Assembly: GCA_020724905.1 (NCBI GenBank) | Contig: DYGB01000001.1 | Location: forward strand, 65,866-129,865 | Source of the DNA: Candidatus Paceibacter sp. | GTDB lineage: Bacteria; Patescibacteriota; Minisyncoccia; UBA6257; JAGOQP01 | Direction: 5' to 3' | Length of the DNA: 64,000 nt | Part shown: positions 1 through 9,814 of the stretch, piece by piece | How the letters are laid out: the number at the start of each line of letters is the position of its first letter | Numbering within the stretch: the stretch's first letter is position 1 | The notes under the pieces: generated by a model | Databases searched by the model: none | Seen by the model: the letters and a program-made list of their open reading frames with translations, nothing else | Told to the model about the DNA's origin: nothing | Position numbers and translations under genes: made by a program

Positions 1-90
1 AATATACACCTTATATATCCCTACCCAGAGTAGTGGAAGAAAAAATCCCACCGCTGCCCCAAGAAGAGTATAGATGATAATTCGAATCAT
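1..90 (-). CDS. Partial CDS running off the window edge; N-terminal hydrophobic helix (MIRIIIYTLLGAAVGFFLPLLWVGIYKVYI...)
   Basis: ATG at 90-88 just downstream of mltG; frame open to the edge; hand-translated. Confidence 0.55.
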   Translation of the reverse strand, partial: MIRIIIYTLLGAAVGFFLPLLWVGIYKVYI

Positions 91-109
91 ATACCCTAAG
101 TATATACTA

Positions 110-1105
110 TTATAATCCTAAATACACACTCCGATAGTAGGTATGTTCATCTAACGTATCACTAAAGACTGTCTCCCCAGTATCAGGACGAGAAAGGTAG
201 TACCAATACGATGTTGAGCGAGGAGAAAGGGCCGCTCTCACAGACGAGAGTGATGGAGACGCAATAGGAGTAGGAGGGAATCCTTTTCGAGTATAAGTAT
301 TATACGGTGTGTCTTCTTGAAACATAGACCTTACGGGAGTGCAAGAGTACCCACCACATGCTCCATACAGTACAGAGGCATCAATCTGAAGTGCCATTCC
401 TACCGCATATCGCTTATATATAATACCAGCAACAATCTCTTTATCTTTCTGGGTCACGACCTCTTTTTCAAGAAGTGAGGCAACGATAAGGGCTTCATAG
501 ATCTCATCAAAGGAATGCCCTTCAAAAAGATCCTCATACACTTCCCAAAAATGCCCCACAAGAATACGAGCAACCACCTCAGCACCTCTTCCAGTATAGA
601 AACGATAGGTATCAGGAACAATAAACCCCTCAAGAGTCTCAAAAGGGACATTTTCTTCTAATCCAAACACGCTCCCTGGATCCAGGGAAACTAACGATCC
701 TTTTTCAATAATCCCCTCAGAGGCAAGGAGTTCATCAATCATCACAAGACTCATTCCTGGCAAGATAGTAACGTTCTTTTCTTGTGGAGGAGAAGTAATA
801 AGAGAAAGAATGTCTTGTATGCGTGTACTGGCAAGTTGATATGTTCCAGGATGCAGTGAACTATATCCTCCAGACAGAAGCCCATACCCAATAAATGAGA
901 CACGTGACTTAATAACATCCTCCTCATAGAGTCTTTTAGCAACAGAAAAAATATCATCCCCTTCTTTCACTTCAAAGCTATGTATCTGAAATGATGTATG
1001 AGAAGGATAGAGTAAAAATCCAGAAAAAAATGAAAGGAGAAGGACGATGCATCCCAACACACCTAATGCTCCATACCAACTCCATTGTCTCTTATCGATG
1101 CGCAT
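110..1105 (-). CDS. mltG: Endolytic transglycosylase MltG
   Basis: N-terminal TM; motifs LEGFIVPDTY, ASLLEKE, LQIDAS, YNTY...GFPPTPI; start moved to ATG at 1105. Confidence 0.93.
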   Translation of the reverse strand: MRIDKRQWSWYGALGVLGCIVLLLSFFSGFLLYPSHTSFQIHSFEVKEGDDIFSVAKRLYEEDVIKSRVSFIGYGLLSGGYSSLHPGTYQLASTRIQDILSLITSPPQEKNVTILPGMSLVMIDELLASEGIIEKGSLVSLDPGSVFGLEENVPFETLEGFIVPDTYRFYTGRGAEVVARILVGHFWEVYEDLFEGHSFDEIYEALIVASLLEKEVVTQKDKEIVAGIIYKRYAVGMALQIDASVLYGACGGYSCTPVRSMFQEDTPYNTYTRKGFPPTPIASPSLSSVRAALSPRSTSYWYYLSRPDTGETVFSDTLDEHTYYRSVYLGL

Positions 1106-2165
1106 ACATTGATTGAATAATTCCAATAAGAATAAAACTCATGATCATACTTGATCCTCCATAACTCACAAACGGAAGGGTAATCCCAATAACCGGGAGC
1201 AACCCAAGTGATGACCCTATGTTAATAACAATATGTATAAAAAATAGTATCCCTCCCCCTAAACACAAGAAAGTCCCCAAAGATGTAGAACTTTTCATTC
1301 CCATCTGAATCAGACGAGCAACAAGTAAAAGTAATCCAACAAGTACAATCCCCCCAAAGACAATTCCTCCTTCCTCAAGAATAGCAGAAAAAATAAAATC
1401 ATTGTGTGCTTCAGGTAAAAATCCAAGTTGCACCTGTGTTCCTTGTCCAAATCCCTTCCCTGTTATTCCCCCAGATCCAATAGCAATTTTTGATTGAATA
1501 ACATTGTATCCTGTCCCCAAAGGATCAACCGAAGGAGCAAACACAGAAAGAACTCGATCCTTTTGATAGTCCTGCAATGCTCCATGCCACATCCCCACAC
1601 CTGCAATAACACATATCCCTAACAGAAGTAAAAGATGGCGAAAAGGTATCTCCGAAAGAAGTACAAATCCAAGCCAAATAAGAATAAGGGTAATTGCAGA
1701 TCCTAAATCAGGCTGTAGTGCAATAAAGAAAGCAAACCCAGCAGAGAGTAAAAACGATCCAATTAACACTCCCCAATGAGCAATGCGCACATGTTGACGA
1801 GAGAAAAAAACACTTAATACGAGAACCAAAACAACTTTAGCAAGCTCAGCTGCTTGAAATTGAAATGACCCGATCATAATCCATGCACGGTTCCCTTTCA
1901 CCTCAGGAGCAAATAGAAGTGTCGCAAGAAGGAGTAAGATAACAAGCCCATACAACACCATAATAAACCCTCTATGAGATATAAATGAACGAATATCAAT
2001 AACACTAATAAGAAGAGCAGCAACTATTCCAATGCCAACCCACCACACTTGTCGTGCAAACGTATCAGAATCAATGCTCGCTAATATAAAAAGACTGCTC
2101 GCAACAAGCAGTGCTACAGCTCCCATAAGTCTCCAATCAATGGCTGTACGTAATTGGCGAAACAT
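1092..2165 (-). CDS. rodA: Rod shape-determining SEDS protein RodA
   Basis: Multi-TM; FQAAELAK, QPDLGSA, GYNVIQSKIAIGSGG, LPEAHNDFIFS, LPFVSYGGSS. Confidence 0.92.
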   Translation of the reverse strand: MFRQLRTAIDWRLMGAVALLVASSLFILASIDSDTFARQVWWVGIGIVAALLISVIDIRSFISHRGFIMVLYGLVILLLLATLLFAPEVKGNRAWIMIGSFQFQAAELAKVVLVLVLSVFFSRQHVRIAHWGVLIGSFLLSAGFAFFIALQPDLGSAITLILIWLGFVLLSEIPFRHLLLLLGICVIAGVGMWHGALQDYQKDRVLSVFAPSVDPLGTGYNVIQSKIAIGSGGITGKGFGQGTQVQLGFLPEAHNDFIFSAILEEGGIVFGGIVLVGLLLLVARLIQMGMKSSTSLGTFLCLGGGILFFIHIVINIGSSLGLLPVIGITLPFVSYGGSSMIMSFILIGIIQSMYAHR

Positions 2166-2180
2166 ATAAAAGATATGGTA

Positions 2181-3272
2181 TCACAAAGCCCTTGAGGAGG
2201 ACAGACTCAATATTCCATTCGCTTCAAGCGGATAAGAATTTCCTTTCATGTGCCCAATATATCCTGCAACCCCAATCATTGCAGCATTATCCTGACAATA
2301 CGCAAAGGGAGGGAAAAGAATGGGAACAGTATCTTCAAATGTATCCTTCATATAAGTACGAAGAAATGAACTCGCACTTACTCCCCCACTCACTACAACA
2401 CTCTTTGCACTATATTCCTCAAAAGCTTTCTTTGTTTTTTCAACAAGAGGACGAAACGCAGCATACTGAAACGATGCAGCGGTATCATAACTAAGCTCAT
2501 CAGAAAGAGTTATTTGTTTCCCGGGAGAAAATGACTGAGCACTATCTCCAGAAACATTCCTCAGATGATAGAGTACTGCTGTTTTAAGCCCAGAATAACT
2601 GAACTCATAGTCCCCACTATGAAGAAGTGGTGAGGGGAATGGATAGGCATGCACATCTCCTCTCTGAGCATAACGCTCTATCTGAGGACCCCCAGGATAG
2701 GGAAGCCCTAGTAGACGAGCAACCTTGTCAAACGATTCTCCCACCGCATCATCTTTTGTTTCCCCAAGAAGTGTGTAGGTATACATATCAGAAAGAACAC
2801 CAAGTATAGTATGTCCCCCACTTACAAGAAGTGAAACCATAGGAAAGAGAGTATCAAGAGATGCTGGATCAAACAATTCATGAAACAAAAAACTATACAG
2901 ATGTCCCTCAAGATGATTCACTCCTACAAGAGGAATATCTGGATACAGTGTTTTGTGAATATCAGAAAAAAAGGTAATACCCTGCCACAATGCTGGTTCA
3001 AGACCAGGACCAACAGTTACTGCCATTATATCAGGGCAGATGCGTTCCTTTGCAAGATATGCAGACATCCTCTCCCATAAAAGTGGAAGATTCTTTTGAT
3101 GCTCACGTTTTGCAAGATTAGGAACAACACCTCCAAAGGAAGCATGTATCTCTACTTGGGAAGCTGTTTCATGAAACAACACATCGACAGAGAAATCTTC
3201 CCTAATATGAACGAGTGCAAGAGATGTCTCGTCACAACTTGTCTCACACGCTAGCACATACTTACGCTGCAT
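2181..3272 (-). CDS. tsaD: tRNA threonylcarbamoyladenosine biosynthesis protein TsaD
   Basis: ETSCDET, GGVVP, HLEGH, VSGGHT, DDAVGESFDKVAR, DNAAMIG; start at ATG 3272. Confidence 0.96.
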   Translation of the reverse strand: MQRKYVLACETSCDETSLALVHIREDFSVDVLFHETASQVEIHASFGGVVPNLAKREHQKNLPLLWERMSAYLAKERICPDIMAVTVGPGLEPALWQGITFFSDIHKTLYPDIPLVGVNHLEGHLYSFLFHELFDPASLDTLFPMVSLLVSGGHTILGVLSDMYTYTLLGETKDDAVGESFDKVARLLGLPYPGGPQIERYAQRGDVHAYPFPSPLLHSGDYEFSYSGLKTAVLYHLRNVSGDSAQSFSPGKQITLSDELSYDTAASFQYAAFRPLVEKTKKAFEEYSAKSVVVSGGVSASSFLRTYMKDTFEDTVPILFPPFAYCQDNAAMIGVAGYIGHMKGNSYPLEANGILSLSSSRAL

Positions 3273-4788
3273 ACTCAACGGATCGTGTCTCACGAATAAC
3301 AACCACTTTTATTTCTCCAGGATACTTCAATTCAGACTCAATACGTTTCGCAACATCTCGAGCTAACTGAAGTGCTCCAAAGTCATCAACTCGTTCAGGA
3401 GTAACAAAGACGCGGAGTTCACGCCCTGCAGAAATAGCATAGGCATTTGAAACTCCATCAAGCTGTGTTGCAATATTTTCTAAATCTTGAAGACGCTTAA
3501 GGTAGTTTTCAATGCTGTCACGACGTGCTCCAGGACGAGCAGCTGAAAGTGCATCAGCAGCAGCAACTACATATGATTCAACAGTAGCATAGGGATACTC
3601 ATCATGATGAGATTCCATTGCATGAATGACTGCATCACTAATGTTATATTTCTTTAGAATCTTTCTTCCAATATCAACATGACTTCCTTCAATTTCATGA
3701 TCAACAGCCTTTCCAATGTCATGAAGAAGTGCTCCTCGTTTTGCTACTTCAACATCAACACCAAGCTCAGCAGCAATCATTCCAGCAAAGTGAGTTACCT
3801 CAACAGAATGCTGTAACACGTTCTGTCCATAACTTGTTCTGAAATGAAGTCGCCCCAGTAATTGAATAATCTCCTTTGGAAAATCATAAATACCTACTTC
3901 ATAGGCAGCATTCTCAGCTGCATCAACCATGATCTTCTGTACCTCAGCACGAGCCTCTTCAACTTTCTCTTCAATTTTTGCTGGCTGGATACGTCCATCT
4001 TTAATTAATTTCTCAAGAGCTGTTTTGGCAACCTGTCTTCGTACTGGATCAAATGATGAGATAACAATACTATCAGGAGTTTCATCAACAACGAGCTCAA
4101 CACCGGTAATACGCTCAAGGGTACGGATGTTTCGTCCCTCTTTTCCAATAATCTTTCCTTTAAAGTCTTCGTTAGGAATATCAACGGTTGTTGTTGTAAG
4201 CTCTGATGCTGATGAACGACTATATCGTTGCAACACCGTACTCATAATCTCAATAGTCCTCTTCTCTATTTCTTCCTGTCTCTCATGCATCATCTTCTTC
4301 CCATACTCCAAGAGATCTTGGTTAAATTTCTTCTCAACATCTTTAAGAAGAAGTGCTTTTGCTTCCTCTACATTCATTCCTGCAACTCGCTCAAGCTCCT
4401 GAGATGTTTTTTCTTTGATTGACTCAATGTGCTTTTTAATCTCATCAATCTTTTTAAGATCAGATTCAACACCTTTTTCTTTTTCTCTAAGTTCCTGATC
4501 TTTCTTCTCAATCGTCTCTTCTTTACGTAAAATTCTTTCTTCAGCTTTATCGAGCTGATGTTTTCGTTCACGTTCTTCCTTTTTAATCTCTTCTAAAATA
4601 CCCGCAGATTTCTCCTGGGCCTCAAGAATGAGTTCCTTTGCCTTTGTTTTCGCTTCTTCTATCTGCCTGCGAATGCGCTCCTCAATAGAAGCGGCTCGCT
4701 TTGAAACAAGGGCTTGGCGGATGATATATCCGATCGCAAAGCCCACAACAAATAACAACGCAAAATACATATAGTTCGTGTAATCCAT
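3262..4788 (-). CDS. rny: Ribonuclease Y
   Basis: N-terminal TM, coiled coil, KH (KGKIIGKEGRNIR), HD domain (LLHDIGK); true start may be the second ATG at 4770. Confidence 0.97.
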   Translation of the reverse strand: MDYTNYMYFALLFVVGFAIGYIIRQALVSKRAASIEERIRRQIEEAKTKAKELILEAQEKSAGILEEIKKEERERKHQLDKAEERILRKEETIEKKDQELREKEKGVESDLKKIDEIKKHIESIKEKTSQELERVAGMNVEEAKALLLKDVEKKFNQDLLEYGKKMMHERQEEIEKRTIEIMSTVLQRYSRSSASELTTTTVDIPNEDFKGKIIGKEGRNIRTLERITGVELVVDETPDSIVISSFDPVRRQVAKTALEKLIKDGRIQPAKIEEKVEEARAEVQKIMVDAAENAAYEVGIYDFPKEIIQLLGRLHFRTSYGQNVLQHSVEVTHFAGMIAAELGVDVEVAKRGALLHDIGKAVDHEIEGSHVDIGRKILKKYNISDAVIHAMESHHDEYPYATVESYVVAAADALSAARPGARRDSIENYLKRLQDLENIATQLDGVSNAYAISAGRELRVFVTPERVDDFGALQLARDVAKRIESELKYPGEIKVVVIRETRSVEYAA

Positions 4789-4929
4789 ATATCAAAAGTA
4801 CCTCCAGTGCAATCCTGTGGGACATAGGTATAAGGTCTATGATTCAAAAAATGAAATAAAACTATCATATACGTCCGAAAATACTATCGCCACCAGATAC
4901 TCTGAGGCACGTTACTTACTTCTAAACCT
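4770..4929 (-). ncRNA. Candidate 6S-like RNA or structured rny leader
   Basis: Follows a TTGACG-17-TATGAT promoter; nested complementary segments form a long rod; lies immediately upstream of rny. Confidence 0.45.
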
Positions 4930-4935
4930 ATATAC

Positions 4936-4964
4936 ATCATAGCCCTCAGATATCCCCTCGTCAA
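4936..4964 (-). promoter_or_regulatory. sigma70-type promoter TTGACG-N17-TATGAT for the leader/rny operon
   Basis: + strand atcata 4936-4941 and cgtcaa 4959-4964. Confidence 0.7.
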
Positions 4965-5005
4965 ATACGTGTATCAAAAACAAAGGTATGGTACGATAGA
5001 AACGT

Positions 5006-6544
5006 ATGAAACCACGTGTTGTTCTATTAATTCTTGATGGATGGGGTATTGGAGAGAGAAATACCTCAAACCCTATTCATGTCATGCAGCCAAAGAATAT
5101 AGAATTCATCAAAAAGAACTTCCCTTCGGGATCACTCCAAGCATCAGGACTGGCAGTAGGGCTTCCCTGGAGAGAAGAAGGAAACAGTGAGGTAGGACAC
5201 CTCACTATGGGCATTGGACGAGTCGTCTATCAACACTTTCCTCGTATTAGTTTGAGTATTCAAGATGGATCGTTTCAAAAAAATGAAGCAATTCAGGGAG
5301 CCATCCAACACGCCCTCCAAAACAACACAACACTACACCTTGCAGGACTCATTAGTGATGGGAATGTTCATTCAGCACTCCCTCATCTACATGAACTCAT
5401 CGCACTTGCACAAAAAGCAGGCGTCTCATGGAAACTCCATGCATTTACCGATGGACGAGACACTGATCCAACAAGTGCATGGTCACTTCTCCAAACACTT
5501 CCTCTCCAACATATCGCTAGTATTTCTGGACGATTCTATGCTATGGACAGAGACAAGCACTGGGACCTTACCCAAAAAGCATATGATGCAATGACCGGGG
5601 AAGCCCCTATTATCTCTCACCATGATATCCAGAGTCATATAGAAAAGACATACGCAAAAAACCTCAATGATGAGTTTATAGTTCCTGTTGGTATTGATTC
5701 AGCTGACAATGCACTACACGATAACGATGCACTGTTCTTTTTCAACTTCAGAGAAGATCGTATGAGACAGCTTGGAGAACTTTTCCTCAAACCATCCCCG
5801 GAACATGGAAACATAAAATCATACACCAATCTCCATATTGCATCGATGACACAGATACGAGAAGATTTCACCATTCCTATCGCCTTCCCTCCTCAACAGA
5901 TAGATACAAGTCTTGGAAAGACTCTCTCAGAGAATGGAAAAATGCAACTCCGTATCGCTGAAACGCAAAAATATGCTCACGTAACATTTTTCTTTAATGG
6001 ACTCACTGACAAACCCTTTAAAAACGAATACCGCATCCTCATTCCCTCAAAAACAACTCCTCGACAAGATGAAGATCCCGCAATGCAAACCCCAGCCATT
6101 ACACAACGACTCATACAATCAATAGAAGAGGGACTCTTTGATTTTACCCTGGTAAATATCGCTTCTCCTGACATGATCGCACATACCGGAAACTACAATG
6201 CCTCAAAAGAAGCTGTCGCTCTTGTTGATGAATATGTTGGAAAAATTCTTGATGCAGTGCTTAGACATAACGTTACCCTCCTTATCACCGCAGACCATGG
6301 AAACATGGAACGACTTTTCGATCCCCTTACTGGAGAACCTGAAACAAAACACGATCCAAATCCTGTACCCCTCTATCTTATCCACTCATCACTTAAAAAA
6401 CCACGAGATGATGCATATATCCAGGAACGAGAACGCTACACAATAGGGATGCTCTCAGATATTGCTCCAACTATTCTTGATATTCTTTCCATCCCAAAAC
6501 CATCTCACATGACAGGTCAAAGCCTCCTTAAACAACTTCTCTAA
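5006..6544 (+). CDS. gpmI: 2,3-bisphosphoglycerate-independent phosphoglycerate mutase
   Basis: LLILDGWG, GNSEVGH, TDGRD, GRFYAMDRD, AETQKYAHVTFF, TADHGN. Confidence 0.97.
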   Translation: MKPRVVLLILDGWGIGERNTSNPIHVMQPKNIEFIKKNFPSGSLQASGLAVGLPWREEGNSEVGHLTMGIGRVVYQHFPRISLSIQDGSFQKNEAIQGAIQHALQNNTTLHLAGLISDGNVHSALPHLHELIALAQKAGVSWKLHAFTDGRDTDPTSAWSLLQTLPLQHIASISGRFYAMDRDKHWDLTQKAYDAMTGEAPIISHHDIQSHIEKTYAKNLNDEFIVPVGIDSADNALHDNDALFFFNFREDRMRQLGELFLKPSPEHGNIKSYTNLHIASMTQIREDFTIPIAFPPQQIDTSLGKTLSENGKMQLRIAETQKYAHVTFFFNGLTDKPFKNEYRILIPSKTTPRQDEDPAMQTPAITQRLIQSIEEGLFDFTLVNIASPDMIAHTGNYNASKEAVALVDEYVGKILDAVLRHNVTLLITADHGNMERLFDPLTGEPETKHDPNPVPLYLIHSSLKKPRDDAYIQERERYTIGMLSDIAPTILDILSIPKPSHMTGQSLLKQLL

Positions 6545-9044
6545 AAGAAAGTGTGTTTTCTCCTTCAAGAAACATCTCAATACGCATTCCTTTACTAAGA
6601 CGCCCTGAAAGAAGTGCGTGAGAAAGAAACGATACAATATGTTTTTCAATAGCTCGTTTTAGTGGACGAGCTCCAAATGACGGATCAAATCCCTCCTGAG
6701 AGATGAAAGATACTAGTTCTTCAGAAAAACTCACTGCTACTCCATTACTCTCATGTACTCGCTTTGAAAGGGAAGTAAGTTGAAGACGAGCAATCTTACG
6801 AATATGCTCAAAGGATAACGGCTTAAAGGTAACAATGCGTGAAAAACGATTCACCAATTCTGGGCGAAGAACTTCAGACAGTTTCCCCTTTAATGCCTCA
6901 GCAATAGTATCAATATCTTTTCCTTCCTTAAGAGATTCTTGAATAAACACTGAATGAGCATTCGATGTTGCAATAATAATCGTATGAGAAAAATCAATCT
7001 TTCGCCCAAACACATCGGTTAACACCCCCTCATCAAGTACCTGTAAGAAAAGTTGCAGGATATCTTGGTGAGCTTTTTCAAACTCATCAAGAAGTACAAT
7101 GCTGTAAGGAGAGTGTGCAACAGATTCACTAAAGGCACCAACAATTTTCCCATCAGACGATCCAATAAATCTCTGGATACTTCCCTTCTCTTGATACTCA
7201 GACATATCAAACCGAACTAATAATTTTTCAGAACCAAAATACAAAGAAGCAAGAGATTTGGAAAGTTCTGTTTTCCCTACCCCTGTAGGGCCAACAAAAA
7301 GAAATGAAGCAATAGGACCCTTTCCTGAAGAAAGTCCACTACGATACGAACGAAGTGCCTCAGATACTGCTCCAACAGCTTCATCTTGATTGATGTATCG
7401 TTCATGAATACGTTCTTCTAAACGAAGTAGTTCAGAGGCTTCATGGGTAGATGCTTTTTGAATAGGAACGGATGAACGTTCTTCAACAAGCGCAATAACA
7501 TCAGATTCCTTTACCATACGTCTCTTCCTTTCTCGTTTCACCCGAGCAAATACCTCACGAAGTACTTCTTGTGCACTTGAAGGAAGTGGAGCTTGAGTTA
7601 TATAGCGAGCAGATAACTTGACAGCAGCACGTACTGCAGCAAATGTGATTCGAATTCCTAACTGTTTTTCTAAAATAACAGCATCATACACAAGTAATCG
7701 TGTCGCATCTTCTTCTCCAATCTGCTCAATAGGAATCCTCTCAAATAACTGAGAGAGACTCTTGTTCATATCAATATACTGAGAATAAAGATGTGGTGTT
7801 GTTGTTCCAATCACAGGGAAAAGACCATTACGAAGGAGTGGTGTTAATACATCAAATAACCGAACCCCTTCTCGTGTCTGTGTTTTTTCAAGAAGATGAA
7901 TATCAGGGATATAGAGAATAATATTTCCTGCACGAGAGATTTCTGAGACAATCATTTGAAGTGTTGTATAAATATCATCACTCCCCCCTGAAAGAATTCT
8001 CCCCAAAGACAAAGAAACGACACGTCGATCAAATAATTCCCCAGGAACAGCATCAGAAAGAATTTGAAATGCGAGATGATGTACAATTGCTTCTTTCCCT
8101 ACCCCCGCTTCCCCTACGAGCAATACATTCCGTTGTCCTGATTTTGAAAGCGCATCAAGGATCTGATGGTACTCAGTATCATGTCCAATGAGAAATCCTC
8201 CTCGTCCACTTCGTACAACATCGGTAATATCATCAGATACCCTATCAAGATAGGGAGTAGGACGTGATGTTAGAGTTCTGTTAACTCGATGGGCCTTAAT
8301 ACGAGACAGCGTCTTTGCAAATCCACCCGTCACCGCAGGAAGATGTCTTTGTGAAAGCGCAACACCAAATGAAATAGCAATAGAAACATCTTTCTGTGAC
8401 AAAGAGTACATATCAAAGATACGTGCAAGATGAGATGAAGGAGAAGAAACAATACCAGCGAATAATAAATCATCCCCAATAACATCTTTTTTGTGAATCA
8501 GTGCCTCTGCTCCTGCATACAAGGCAATATTCTTTAAAATCTCCATAACCTCAGCCTTCTCCTGTTCTCCATCACTATGTTCAAATGCCTCAGTAACATC
8601 TTTACGTAACTGAGAAACATCTAACTCTAATCGTTCACAAATCCATACGACAGAAGGCTTTTTCAATAATTCAGAAAACAGTGCGAGGTGAAGGTCTCCT
8701 TTTTGAAGTCGTGCTTTCTCAAATGCAGCAACGAGGATACGTAGTGATTTCTTATCAATACACAATCCAATGTTATTCCCCGGGACTCTTCCTAAAAATA
8801 AATCTCTTACCCGATAATGAGCTGAGGAAAGATGGAATATATGATCAAGGAGTATAAGAAATAGTAACCCTCCCCACCATCGAAGCGCCTCAACATCAGA
8901 GAGTAGTAGTGCAACGGTAAGACCAATACAAACAACAAAACAGATATAAAAAACAATTCGAGTAAACACCCTCTCTGTATGAGAAAGAGCAAATATTCGT
9001 CGATGAAATGTTACTTTTTCTAAAGGTATAAGTGAGTCTTTCAT
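6528..9044 (-). CDS. Membrane-anchored ClpA/ClpB-family double AAA+ ATPase
   Basis: Two N-terminal TM helices; Walker A GEAGVGKE and GPTGVGKT; RFDMSEYQ, LLDEFEKAH, FGARPLKR. Confidence 0.88.
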   Translation of the reverse strand: MKDSLIPLEKVTFHRRIFALSHTERVFTRIVFYICFVVCIGLTVALLLSDVEALRWWGGLLFLILLDHIFHLSSAHYRVRDLFLGRVPGNNIGLCIDKKSLRILVAAFEKARLQKGDLHLALFSELLKKPSVVWICERLELDVSQLRKDVTEAFEHSDGEQEKAEVMEILKNIALYAGAEALIHKKDVIGDDLLFAGIVSSPSSHLARIFDMYSLSQKDVSIAISFGVALSQRHLPAVTGGFAKTLSRIKAHRVNRTLTSRPTPYLDRVSDDITDVVRSGRGGFLIGHDTEYHQILDALSKSGQRNVLLVGEAGVGKEAIVHHLAFQILSDAVPGELFDRRVVSLSLGRILSGGSDDIYTTLQMIVSEISRAGNIILYIPDIHLLEKTQTREGVRLFDVLTPLLRNGLFPVIGTTTPHLYSQYIDMNKSLSQLFERIPIEQIGEEDATRLLVYDAVILEKQLGIRITFAAVRAAVKLSARYITQAPLPSSAQEVLREVFARVKRERKRRMVKESDVIALVEERSSVPIQKASTHEASELLRLEERIHERYINQDEAVGAVSEALRSYRSGLSSGKGPIASFLFVGPTGVGKTELSKSLASLYFGSEKLLVRFDMSEYQEKGSIQRFIGSSDGKIVGAFSESVAHSPYSIVLLDEFEKAHQDILQLFLQVLDEGVLTDVFGRKIDFSHTIIIATSNAHSVFIQESLKEGKDIDTIAEALKGKLSEVLRPELVNRFSRIVTFKPLSFEHIRKIARLQLTSLSKRVHESNGVAVSFSEELVSFISQEGFDPSFGARPLKRAIEKHIVSFLSHALLSGRLSKGMRIEMFLEGENTLSFREVV

Positions 9045-9400
9045 AAGAATAAAGTTATCCCTTTATAGATACAGACAAGAGGAAGGGCAGCCCACATACC
9101 ATACGTACACACAAAGAATAGTGCAGCAAGAATATAATACAAACTCCCCCCTATAACACGAATAAGTCGAACAAAAAACCCAAGCAAGAAACCAACAACA
9201 TTACGTTCTTGATAGAGTGGTGAAAATAAAAAGAAAAGATTTGCACGAACAGCGAGCGTTCTTTCTCCACGAGAGAACACGTATAAAAATCCTGAGTACC
9301 AACGACGAGCACCTTCAACATACCAATGTCGAAAGAATTCAAATAGTCTATAGTATCCAGTTTTTAGTATATAAATACCAGCTCCAACCATTATATGCAT
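9041..9400 (-). CDS. Small membrane protein translationally coupled to the Clp ATPase
   Basis: Hydrophobic 119 aa with FFRHWY and LFSPLYQ; ATGA overlap with the ATPase start. Confidence 0.7.
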   Translation of the reverse strand: MHIMVGAGIYILKTGYYRLFEFFRHWYVEGARRWYSGFLYVFSRGERTLAVRANLFFLFSPLYQERNVVGFLLGFFVRLIRVIGGSLYYILAALFFVCTYGMWAALPLVCIYKGITLFL

Positions 9401-9431
9401 AGTATCAAAAAATATGTCTTTCTGCTACAAA

Positions 9432-9459
9432 AAACTCCCCTGTATATACAAGGGAGTTT
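9432..9459 (-). terminator. Intrinsic terminator after the small acidic ORF
   Basis: aaactccc...gggagttt inverted repeat followed by a T-run on the minus strand. Confidence 0.65.
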
Positions 9460-9481
9460 CATATGCACTGTCAGTGATGTG

Positions 9482-9679
9482 TTATGCTTGTGGCATTTCA
9501 CCTTCACTGTTTTGATCTGAATCCTCTGAGAATTCTTGCCCAGCCTCTGGCTGTGCTTGTTCCTCAGGAGCTGATTCCTCTGCAGGAACCTCAACTGAAG
9601 GATTCATTGTTTCTTGAGTCTGTGAGTCTTGCTCTTCAGACTGTGGTTGCTGTTGCATGTCGTTGTTTTGCATGTCCAT
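9482..9679 (-). CDS. Small, highly acidic, likely disordered protein (65 aa)
   Basis: E/Q/D/P/S-rich, no K or R; own upstream promoter-like TTGAAA-17-TATCCT and downstream terminator. Confidence 0.65.
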   Translation of the reverse strand: MDMQNNDMQQQPQSEEQDSQTQETMNPSVEVPAEESAPEEQAQPEAGQEFSEDSDQNSEGEMPQA

Positions 9680-9763
9680 AATAGATAGTTCGAGTTACTT
9701 GGGCTTACGACGATCGCCGCACACCACATGCAAGGATAGCACAGGTATTCCCTTATTTCAAGG

Positions 9764-9791
9764 AAAAAACCAGGCAACAAGCCTGGTTTTT
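9764..9791. terminator. Intrinsic terminator after the large surface protein gene
   Basis: aaaaaaccaggc-aacaa-gcctggttttt. Confidence 0.75.
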
Positions 9792-9814
9792 CATGTATAA
9801 CATTGATACTAGCC

